Source: Stegostoma tigrinum
Taxonomy: Eukaryota
NCBI RefSeq assembly: GCF_030684315.1
Contig: NC_081355.1
Coordinates: 28,607,316-28,671,315, forward strand
Direction of reading: 5' to 3'
Length of the DNA: 64,000 bases
A model generated the notes under the pieces. The model saw nothing but the letters and a program-made list of their open reading frames with translations. It did no database searches and was not told the origin of the DNA. How positions within the stretch are numbered: the stretch's first letter is position 1; every line of letters starts with the position of its first letter. Shown one piece after another: positions 27,437 to 38,518 of the stretch. A program made the position numbers and the translations under genes.

Positions 27437-30400
27437 TAGAGTCAGAGATGTACGGCACACACACTCATCCATACTGAACAGACATTCTAAATGAATCTAG
27501 TCCCATTTGCCAGCATTTGGCCCATATCCTTCTGAACAGTTATTCGTGGATCCATCCAGATGCCTTTTAAATGTTGTAATTGTACCAGCCTCCACCGCCT
27601 CTGGCAGCTCATTCCAGACATGCTGCACACTCTGCATGAAAAAGTTGCCCCTTGGGTCCCTTTAAATGTTTTCTCTCTCGCCTTAAACTTATGCCATCTA
27701 GTTTTGGACTCACCCTGCCATGGGGAAAAGACCTTGTCTATTTACCCTATCCATGCCCCTCATGATTTTATAAATCTCTAAGGTCATCCCTCAGCCTTTG
27801 CTCCGGGGTGGGGGGGTGAAGAAACAACAGCCTATTCAGCCTCTCCCTATAGCTCAAATCCTCCAGTCCTAGCAACATCCTTGCAAATCTTTTATGAATA
27901 CTTTCAAATTTCACAACAAGCTTCCTGTAGCAGGGAGACCAGAATTGAATGTAGTATTCTAAAAGTGGCCTAACCAATGTCATGTGTAGCCACAACATGA
28001 CCTCCCAACTCTTGTACTCAATGCACTGACCAATTAAGGCAAGCATACCAACACTGCCTTCACTATCGTATCTACCTGTGACTACAGTTTCAAGGAACGG
28101 TGAACTTGCACTCCAAGATCTCTATGTTCAGGACCTTACCATTAATGTAGGAATTCTGCCCTGATTTGCCCTTCTGAAATGCAGCACCTCACATTTATCT
28201 AAATTAACCTCAATTTGCCACCTTATGGCCCATTGGCTGATCGCATCAAGATCCCGTTGAACTCTGAGGGTGACCTTCTTTGCTGTCCACTGCATCTGCC
28301 ATTTTGGCGTCATCTGCAGACTTAGTAACCATATCTCCTATGTTCATATCCAAATCACACATAAACGATGAAGAGTAATCTACCCAGCACTGAACCCTAT
28401 GGCACACTGCTGATCACAGGCCTCCAGCCAGAAAAACAGCCCTCCATCACTGCCCTCTGTTTTTTACCTTTGCACCAGTTCTGTATCCAATGGCTAATTT
28501 TCCCTGTATTCCATGTGATTGAACATTGTGAACCAGTCTACCATGAGTAATCTTGTTGAATGCCTTAATGAAGTCAATATCAATCATGTCCACTGCTGTG
28601 CCCTAATCAATCCTCTTAGTTACTACTTCAAAAAAACTCGATCAACATAGACATGATTTCCCAGGCACAAAGCCGTTATGACAATCTCTGATCATTCCTT
28701 GTCTTTCAAGGAATGGAAAGAATGTATCAAGTCTGATTTGGGAAGTGCAAAATACAGATAAATCCTGTCCCCTAGGACTCACTTCAACTTGCCCACCATT
28801 GATGTCATGCTCACCAGCCTATAGTTCCCTGGCTTTTCCTTACCACCTTTCTTAGATGGTGGCAGCGTGTTAGCCAACCTCCTGTCTTCTGGCATCTTGC
28901 CTGTGGCGATCAATGATACAAATATCTCAGCCAGGGACCCAGCAATCACTTTCCTAACTTCCCACTGAGTTCTAGGTGCACCTAATCAGGCCCAAGGAAT
29001 TTATTCACCTTTATGCGTTACAAGATATTCAGCACCATCTCCCCTGTAATATGGACATTTTTCAAGATGTCACTATTTATTTCCCCACAATCTCTATCTT
29101 CCATATCCTTCTCCACCGTAAACACTGATGCAAGCTACTTGTTTAGTGTTTTCCCCTATCTCCTGCAGTTCTATACGTAGCCGCAATTGCTGATCTTTAG
29201 AGGGCCCTATTCTCTCCCTAGTTACCTTTTTGTTCTTAATGTTATTGACAAATCTTTTTAGATTCTCCTTAACCCTGTTTGCCAAAGCTATTTCATGTCC
29301 CCACTTTGCCCTCCTGATTTCCCTCTTAAGTATCCTCTGCCTTTATACTTTTCTAAGGATTCACTTGACCTTTGGTTTCTGTACCTGATATATACTTCCT
29401 TCTTCTTGACCAAAACCTCAATCTCTCTGGTCATCCAGCATTTCCTACATCTATATTATCTCTGAACAATTCTAATCTCACTTTTGAAGGCTTCCCATTT
29501 TCCAGCCATCCCTTTACCTGTGAATATCTGCCCCCAAGCAACTTTTGAAAGTTCTTGCCTAATACCATCAAATTTGCCCTTCCTGCAATTTAGAACTTTA
29601 ACTTTTAGATCTGGTCAATCCTTTTCCATCACAATTTTGAAACTAATAGATTTATGGTCACTGGCCCCAAAGTGCTCCCGCATTGACACCTCAGTCACCT
29701 GCTCTGCCTTATTATTTCCCAAGAGTAGGTCAAGATGTACACTTTCTCTAGTAGATACATCCACATACTGAATCAGAAAATTTTCTTGTACACACTTAAC
29801 ACATTACTCTACATATTATGGGAGTTCCAGTCTATTTTTGGAAAATTAAAATGTCCTACCATAACCACCCTATTATTCTTAGAAATAACTGAGATCTCCT
29901 TATAAATTTGTTGCTCAATTTGCACGTGTGTGTGTGTGTGTGTGGGTTTGGGGTGGGAGGTAGTGTTGGTCTACAGTATGCACCCAATAAGGTGTTCATC
30001 CCTTTGTTACTTCTCAGTTCCACCCAAATAACTTCCCTAAATGTATTCCTGGCAATATTCTCCCTAAGTACAGCCACAATATTATCCCTAATAAAAAAAT
30101 GCCATTCCTTCTCTTGTCTTGCCCCCCTTTCTATTTCTCCTATAGCATCTATACCCTGGACCACTAAGTTGACAGTCCGGCCCATCCCTGAGCCACATCT
30201 CTTACTGCTATGATATTCTGGTCCTGTGTTCCCGACCATGTCCTGAGTTCATCTGCTTTACCTGTTAGATGACTTGCATTAATAAATTAAACTGCATTTA
30301 TTTCTGTCTGTTTCTCTGTTCCCTGCTTTGTTCCTGCCTGCCCTGACTGTTTGACTTCCTCCTTTTCCCAACTGTACCAGTTTCAGACTGATATTTTTCC

Positions 30401-30480
30401 TATCTTACTCAGACCCACCTTGCTCCTACCTTCAGCTGTAGCAAATCTCCCCATTAGTATCTTGATCCCCTTCCAACTCA
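27437..30480 (-). mobile_element. CR1 (HER1-like) LINE, most of ORF2, decayed
   Basis: Minus-strand remnants IWVELRSNKG..LGAYCRP (APE), ANRVKENLKRF..., QCIEYKSWEVML..LVRPLLEYYIQFWSP. Confidence 0.9.
29926..29944. repeat. (GT)n microsatellite inside CR1
   Basis: gtgtgtgtgtgtgtgtgtg. Confidence 0.9.
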
Positions 30481-30919
30481 TTTAGTGTACCTCAAGATCA
30501 TCATCTTTAAAAATGTCTTGTGTTTTTACATTCCTTGCACTTAACATAGTGAGCTTTCAGCTTTAACTCTGTTTAGGTGAGCTTTTTTGAAAATAATTTA
30601 TTTTAATTGTTTAATTTTATATTCAGACTTCCTCATTTTAACTTCATCTTTATGATAGGAAAAGGATATCTAAAATGGATGTTCATTCAGTTGCTGAATT
30701 CATTTATCAACTTTGGCATTGTGATGTTCTAATCTGAAGATTTTCATGTATGTTGTCCAATTTAATTTTGTTCAGTAGTAGTTTGGTCAGTACTATTGTT
30801 GAACAATCTGCCAAGGAGGTTGTGAATACATTTGCCAGATGTGGTAGTTTCTTACAGTTAACCAATGGTGATGTCTTCATTTTAGTCATAAAATGCCCAT
30901 TTACAGGAACGTGGATTAA

Positions 30920-32000
30920 TCAAAGAGTCATAACAGCATAGTGGAAGACCTTCCAGCCCATCATATACATGCTAGTCATCAAATATTTACCTATTCTAAT
31001 CCCATTTTCCAGCACCTAGCCCATCACGTTGTATGCTATATCATTTTAATACGCATCTAAATACTAAAATGTTTTGAGGGATTTTAACCACCTTTTTAAG
31101 GCAGCGAATTCCTGATACCCACCAACATCTTCGTGAAATTTCCTCAAATCCCCTCTCAACCTACTGTTCCTTATCTTAAAACTGTGCCTCATTGTTGATG
31201 TCACTATAAAAGGTCATATGTTTCTCCCTGTCTGTCCTATATTTGTCCCCTCATAACGTTGTACACCATAATCATTTGCTTCTCAGTCTCTCTGCTCCAA
31301 GGAAAGCCCCAGCTGTCCAGTCTTCATAGCTGATTTGTTTTAGTCCAGGTGACATCCGGGTAAATCTCCTCTGCACCCTTTCGATTGCAATCATATCCTT
31401 CCTGTAGTGGAGTGACCAGATTGTAAAGTGTTTAAACTATGGCCTAACTAACATTATGTGCTACTCCATTTCAACCTCCTTTTTCTTGATTTCAAGATGT
31501 TAACTAATAAAATCGTTATCCCATACACCTTATTAATCAGCTCCTCTATTTATTCTACTGTCTTCAAGGATGTAAGTACATGCACACCAAAACAGCTGTA
31601 TTCTCATTTACAGCTTCAGCTATGTTTCTGGCTCTATACACAAATTACCACTTTGGACTCTGTTGTGCCTGTTCCTAGTTATTTTCTTGCCCTACTCTCC
31701 ATTGTTTCTTTTTCACGTTCCCCCTTCACTCTCCTAATTTTTTAAGTGATCTGCAACACTTCCTACACTCTCGGGTATCTGTTGTTTGAGACCTTGTTAT
31801 CTGCCTTGCTCGCAAGAACCCTTCCTCAAAGTTAAATACCATCTAGCTTTACCATGCCCCCTTGTGATCTAACGTGACTAAATTTGTTCTGCCTTCTAGA
31901 TTAACTTGATTCTGCTATACTTGTTAGTGCATCACCCCCTACTGTACCTCCAATTGCTATGCCACCTCCCTACCAAATTAATTTAAACACTCCCATCGAC
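30920..32000 (-). mobile_element. Old CR1 fragments
   Basis: Minus-strand CR1 3' motif (agagtcataacagc...cccattttccagcac...gtgaccagattg). Confidence 0.7.
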
Positions 32001-32179
32001 CACATTCTGCTGTTAATTCTAAACAAGGTATTTATTGTGCAGCATTGGTCCTTAAGGCGGGATTTGTGGATGTTCCCGCTTCATAAATTGGCATTACCTT
32101 AATGTAAGTGCTAGCTAGATTTTGAAGAACAAAGTTCCCAGTGTGTAATGAAATCACCTAGAACTCATTTGTTAGTATA

Positions 32180-32900
32180 CTGAAATGTACCGAGACGTCA
32201 CTCTACTTGATGCCAGCCATGAACAATAGGCAGAGATCTGCTGTGGCTAAATTGAAGTTAGATCCTGGAGCGGCGCCACATCATATCTATTCGGGTAGCA
32301 AGAGCCATCAGCATCACATGTGGTACCTTACAACGGAAATCCAGTTATTGGAGCAGAGGGGACGCGACGCGCTCACATCACACAGTGGGCCGGCATTGAT
32401 GCTTCTGTTCTGGGAAGCGGTTATCGGCGGAGTGGGTCGGTGACAGCGTACAAACCGCCGGCTATCTGAAGCCACTTGAGGGAGAAATGGCATTACACGT
32501 TTGAGAGAAGTGTGAGAGTGAGGGAAGAGACGTTTCTTTTGAAAAAGAAATTTAAAAAAACGCTATTAGAGGAGGTTGGGATGAACTCAAACCCCACCCT
32601 CTTGGTTGAGTGGAGATGCTGTGCCGCGAGCGGCTGTCCACGCAGGTACAGAGAACCAGTTTCTTAGGAGCATGTACGCGTATTAACCTTGAGGTTCGAC
32701 GTTCCTACTGAAGCTATGTTGATGCAAAGTCAATGTGTTAAGCATTTTCGGAATGTGTGATAGCGGGAATGGACCACGTCGGAGTGGATTGACTGCTTGA
32801 GCTGAAGTGCCAAGTCAGCATATTTATCTTTGTAGAATACAATATAACTGGAGACTCCTGGGCGGGTGGGGAGAGCACGGCGTACAGAGAGGATTCTTGG
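32180..32900 (+). promoter_or_regulatory. KIAA0319: CpG-rich region, likely KIAA0319 promoter / non-coding first exon
   Basis: Visible local CpG enrichment (gcggcgcc, gacgcgacgcgc, gcggttatcggcgg, gccgcgagcggc) in non-repetitive sequence of a CpG-depleted window, ~5 kb upstream of the ATG exon; possible donor CAG|GTACAG at 32644/32645. Confidence 0.55.
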
Positions 32901-35900
32901 TTAGTCTGCTGTGATGTGCAAGGGTAACTTTATCCTCCTCATCCTAACGTGGTTTCCTGTAAGCTCTGCAGGTACATAAATCACTGACTCCTCGGAGGAA
33001 GAAATCTGCAGGGATGCGAACCCGTTGGGGGGAAAGGACTTTTTTTTATGTATAAAGGTGTTCGGTGAATCAATGTTTCTTCCTTCAGATTCATCCCGAA
33101 ATAGACCAGAAAAGGGACAATTCACATTGTGTTGTGGTCTTGGTCAACTTACTCAATTAGGGCTGCTAATCGAAAGAGTAATTCAAACGTAAGTATAGCC
33201 GACCATATCTCAAAATCAAGGCAAGGGATTAACAAATCTTCCAGCGCAATCTAACAGATTGACCAAGAGCCTGCAAGACAATACTTTGACTTTTTTCTGA
33301 AGAGATTTTGACGGAAGATTGGTTTGGAGTCACGTTATTTTGACATTTCGGTGTCACGGGCCTAGTTAGTAAACAATGCTGGAGACCAAATTAGAATCGT
33401 GTGGTTTAATAATGTAACGAAGGACGTGTCATAGGCATCAGTTTTGTAAGCAAAGTTACAAGTGTTGTAAATCTGAAATCAGCTCGTATATTCCAGAAAT
33501 AGCAAGTGTGGAGGAAACTGACAGCAATGAGTGGGGTGAGGAGAAATCGGTTGATATCTTAAGCGTGACCTTTTAACTGTGAATAGAGTAAGATTTTACA
33601 TACAGCTCAAATTTAAATAATTGGCACCTGTTAAAATTAAGACAGTATTGCATGTGGAACGCTGGTATTTTTTATTACTTTGTTCGAATCTAGTACTTGA
33701 AGGCTTCTGAGGATTATTGATCAGAGCCACACTTTGTTCAAATATTTCCTAATGTCAGAGTTATTATTGGGAAGAGTTTTTATGAGCTGTGTAATGTGTG
33801 CATTATGAATGCTCAATTCTTTATTATTAGTAGCTCAGTTAAATAAAGAGGTGGGAATCACAGAGATATCGGGAAGAATGCATATTTTTAAAATTCAATT
33901 GACCATTTTCCTTTTCGCAAATTGATACCTTTTATCTCACTTTTACCTTCTATTTATTTTATCACCTGCAACTTCCCCTCCAAGCCCCTCCTGACAACTA
34001 TATTGTCATTCCTTCACTGCCACTGAATCAAAATCTTGGAACTCCCTTTGTAACAGTGTGCTTATTCCCCAAGCAGTTCAAGAAGACAGGTTTCTACTAT
34101 ACTCCTGAGGGCAGATGATGAAAAGCACTAAATACTGATCTAGCTAGCCATGCCCGCACCGCACAAATGAATAATAAAATTCTACTTGAAGCAGTGAATC
34201 ATATGCTCCTCCAACATTACTTCAGTGCCCATTATTTATCTGAAAACTGAGATTATGAATAAAGGCAAACTATTCAACGTTGAGTAGACTGAACTATAAT
34301 AATTAATTATACTCCTAATCTCATCCAACAGCATCAGACATTTCACAGGTACATTGTACCAATCATAAGCAGGAATCATATTTTGATCCCTTTGGTGCTT
34401 TCAAGCTAACTTAGCTGAGGTCCATTCATTTACCCAGCAATTGGGAAGAAGCCAGAATGCACACATGTTCTTACACTCGCTGAAGTATTGCATAGTGCAT
34501 TTACAATTGGAACCATTGGAGGATACTATAAAAAGTATCCTCATCATTCCCCACAAATCATAGTTTTGATTATTTACACTAACAAATTATGAGCATTAAA
34601 ATTATGTAGGTATGTTGTGAAAATAATAGTTATAAGAAAAGATAAGGAGGAATTTCTTCAGCCAGAGGATGGTGACTCTCTGAGCGAACGTAAGACAGAG
34701 AGAGGCATGTTTTTAATTAGTAAGGGGATCAGGGGTTAATGGGAAAAAGGCAGGAAATGTGGTTGAGAAACATCAGTCATGATTGCATGACAGAACAGAT
34801 TCAGTGGGCTGAATGGCCTAATTCTGCTCCTATAACTTATGGTTTTATTAATAAATAAGCAACTTAGTTATAGTCATTTTAATCAACCTATTCAGATAGA
34901 GTTTTTCTTACCTCCAGGGCAGGTGGGACTTTAGCACAGACCTTCTAGCTAAGGACATTACCACTGCACCACAAAAACCAGAGCAATGTAGTAACATAGA
35001 AACTTTTAAGTCTGTGTAATATTCATACTGTTTTGCAGTCAATTAATTCGTTTGAAATATCATCACTGCTGTTAAATGCAATAGCATAAAAAGTCCACAA
35101 GCACCAGGGAGATAAATGACAAGTTACTCTGCTTTGGTAGTATTGATTAGGGATGACTATTGTGGAGAACATTTGGATGATTTTCTCTACTGAGCTTCAA
35201 ATAATTCTTTAAACTCCTTAACATGTACGTGATACTGGTTTAGCCTCTCGTTTAGAAGTATCTCAGTAGCATGTGCTACCTTGTTCCTGCAATGAATGTT
35301 AACCTTAATTATATATTCATCCAATCTTCGAATGAGACTAGAATCTACAAGCTTCTGACTCCAAGGTGAGAGTGCTGCCACTGAGTAAAGCTATCGTTTG
35401 GAATGCTGGTGGATAACCTAGAGTGATATGCCCAAAGTAAACGATTGCATGAGTAAGTTGTGAGGTAATATAATCTCACTGAGCACTGGTGATAGCATGC
35501 ATCAAGGTGCTTATGTAAACATGTGTTGATGTTTTCCGCCCTTTTTCTCATTTTTCGTTTCTGAAAGCATTGACTGCTGATGATATTTTGTTAAGCAGGC
35601 GTCAGTTTCCCATGGATTCCTACTCAATGGACAATTTTATGTGTGTGACATCACATAGTGAATATTAGTGGGAACAAGTGGATCATCATTGCCAAGCCAG
35701 ATCCTGTCCTCCACCATACATGCATTTTTGGGATGTTGTTGAATAATATGGAGTGGAGCAATATGTTTTGAACAAGTCTCCGCCGCCCTTACCTTCTTCC
35801 CAGAAAGATTACTTGTCATATGGTCACTCAAACTTGGCCACTGTTAATCTGGTTGGTATAATACTCATATTCATCTTTAGCTCCAGCGTCATGAAAATTT

Positions 35901-36057
35901 AGAGATAGGCTATCTAGACTTTCTTGGAAATTGAAACCAGCCTATTTTCATAAATGGGGAAAATGATTGATTAATTTCAGAGCATATAAAACAGTCAGCT
36001 GGCCCCACTTGTTTGTGGCTATGAACATTTTGTACTTTCTTCCTAGTAAGTCAACTT

Positions 36058-36180
36058 TGAGGAGCTGTTGTGGTGTAGTGGCAGTACGTCTGAGCCTGGA
36101 GGCCTGGTTCAAGTCTTGCTTGCTCCAGAAATGTGAAATAACATCTCTGAATAAGCTATTTGGAAAATATTTAGTAGCCA
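36058..36180 (+). mobile_element. Short tRNA-derived SINE remnant
   Basis: A-box-like tggtgtagtgg and B-box-like ggttcaagtc; related minus-strand copies at ~24215-24290 and ~34890-34985. Confidence 0.55.
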
Positions 36181-37465
36181 AGTTGGTGCATATTTGCCTC
36201 CACAGCAAATAAGCTACCCATCATGGCCCTCCTCCCATTTTATTCCATTTTACCTTATCATAAACTGACAGTCCCAGTCTTTGTATTTTGTAACGTTTGT
36301 GATCTTAACCATGGCAGTTGTCACCAGCACTTGAAGAAATAACATCGCTAAGCATTGCTGAAAATGCTCTTCATATGGAATGGCCTTAGGGTTACATGAT
36401 GTGGGGGATAGAGAGAGGTTATTTATGTTCTGAATTGTATGTTTCTTTTGCAAGGCGTAAGTTTTTTTAATGGACATTTCCATCATTGTAATTCACTATC
36501 TCTTTACTAGTTTTTTTCTGATCATATAGCGAAGGACACAAGATCTGGGGAATGGAGAATTTTTCATTTCAGGCATTCTTGTAAACTTGGTGATTCTTAA
36601 TCAAGTAAAGTTTATTCTTTATCCAACTGAATAGTCCTTTTTTTTATTCCAACAATAAGTGCCAATAGCATCTTTATGAAACATTATCAATCCATGCCAA
36701 ATGTAAGGCTATTTGTGTTGTAGACACATGCCCATGAAGAACTAACTTGCAACTGTGCAATTTAATTGTTGCAATGTAGTGTTTCCTAATTTTTACTTTT
36801 TAAATAGATTTGAATGTCTAAAGAGAGTGATATGTGCTGTTATCTTAAGAAGCAGTGCTGTGGCATGTTTTGGAAAAGTCTTTGGATAGAGAAGCAGCAT
36901 TAGCATTTGTAGCATCCAAAGAGAGCAGGGATATCAGAAGACCATCTCGCCATGTCTGTTTATAAAATTACAAAGCATCTGAACTTTGACATTTATTGCT
37001 GCTCTTTTATTCTCAATTGATCAAAATCCTGGAACTCCTCTAATTGTAGTGCGGCGGTACAAGAGATGGTTCATGGCCTCAATATCAATTGGCCTCGTCA
37101 GTGATGCGCACATCCTACAAACAACTAAAATAAAAGTCTGGAATGCAGTTACTGAAGGAAACCTGTGTTCTTAGTTGCATGACCATTGCATGGGATAAAA
37201 TGCCTTTCGCTATGCCTTTCAACATTTCCATCTGCACGGTGAACATTAATTTTCAGCAAAGTGGTTGTGTAACTATGTATAAATGACTAAATAAACACTA
37301 ACAATGTTGATCTTATTAATTTGTGCTTTGCACCTTTGAGCTGACAACTTTCATGTGTGATTGATTCTAGTGTTTCCAAAATTGCCATTGAAGCAAGATA
37401 AAGAAAAGTATACATGCCGTTTTAAAGGTTGCGCTGGAACTTGTTTCAAGCTTGACGCTGTGAAA

Positions 37466-37517
37466 ATGACCCACTTAAGATTTTCCCTCAGTGCTGTATT
37501 CCTATGCACCATTACAG
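37466..37517 (+). CDS. KIAA0319: KIAA0319 first coding exon (start codon + signal peptide)
   Basis: aaaATGA start (A at -3) encodes MTHLRFSLSAVFLCTIT-G, ending in phase-1 donor G|GTATGT that matches the phase-1 acceptor at 48819. Resembles the short hydrophobic human N-terminus ending ...VTIA/G. Exon 5' end possibly at the acceptor ttgattctag (exon from 37371). Confidence 0.8.
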
Positions 37518-37609
37518 GTATGTTACTTAAATAATGGATTGGTTTAAAATATAAAAAATGCTGGTAGCACTCAATTTATCTGGCAGTATCTGTAGAGAGC
37601 GAAAGGAAA

Positions 37610-37752
37610 CATCATCAGTGAGCCTCCGACGAAGCTCACTGATGATGTTACCTAGAATGGTGACGAAACGTCTGAAAACGAACCTTCCAGCTCAGCGAGC
37701 AAACTCACATCTAGAACCTCAACCTGAACTACAAATCTTCTCAAAACTCGCT
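37610..37752 (+). mobile_element. 143-bp PLE-terminal insertion with 12-bp TSD
   Basis: AGCGAAAGGAAA at 37598-37609 and 37753-37764; similar to the terminal region of the 17-kb PLE; sits inside an older PLE-derived remnant (~37545-37850). Confidence 0.88.
37636..37675 (+). ncRNA. Minimal type I hammerhead ribozyme motif (PLE-type)
   Basis: UCA-CUGAUGA-U-GUUACC[UAGAAU]GGUGAC-GAAA-C-GUC^UGA: conserved core boxes, 6-bp stem II, 3-bp stem I, loopless stem III; predicted cleavage after 37672. Confidence 0.78.
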
Positions 37753-38518
37753 AGCGAAAGGAAAGTTTATGTTTCAAGTCAATTTCCTTTTAACAGAGCT
37801 TCTGTTTCGATTTGAAATTTCTAGCATTTGTAGCACTTTGCTTTTTGCAATGGATTGGTTTATTTTCTGGTCATGTTTTTTTTCCAGGAAGTTATTTCTT
37901 AATTGCTATTTTATCAGTTCTCATATTTTTGAAGGTAGCTTTTTAGGTTTAACTTTGAAGATTTGTGCAGATTGTTTATATCAAACCAGTTAATGCATTG
38001 TTCATGATACACAAATAAAAGATGGACACTTGAAACATGTATCAGAGGGTGACCAATGACAAAACTACAACAATGTTAAACGCGACCCACAAATCACCAA
38101 TGTGATGTAGGTGCTTTTAGGAATTGATGTGGACAGTGAGTCAGGCTTGATTGCAGAACTCATTGTAGTAAGCATGATTAGAAAATATGTAAACTAATCC
38201 TCATCCACCTTCTCAGGTGCTATGACTCTCTGTGAGGGACACAAGTAAACAACACTGTTTTTCCACCTTCCTAACCCAGGTGTGTTGAGGTGAAATGAAG
38301 CATCACTAATGTTGCCGCAGCAATGAGATCAATTAACTTAAAAAAGGAAGGGTATTTGGGCCTGCAACCTTCCTGGTTTGTGAGGCACAGATTATTACTG
38401 CATAAGCACCTTGAAGCAGTACAAGAGTTGTTCATTTCTGTTGTTTAAAAAAAAAGCTGTACAGTAATGATAGTGCAGGACCACTGGTCTGTTTACAGAT
38501 GCTAACCTGCACTGAGTT

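Noticed and set aside
32415-32450. RFX X-box or REST site in the putative KIAA0319 promoter
   Set aside because: Only half-site-like matches (GTCGGTGACAGC); not convincing without a matrix scan.
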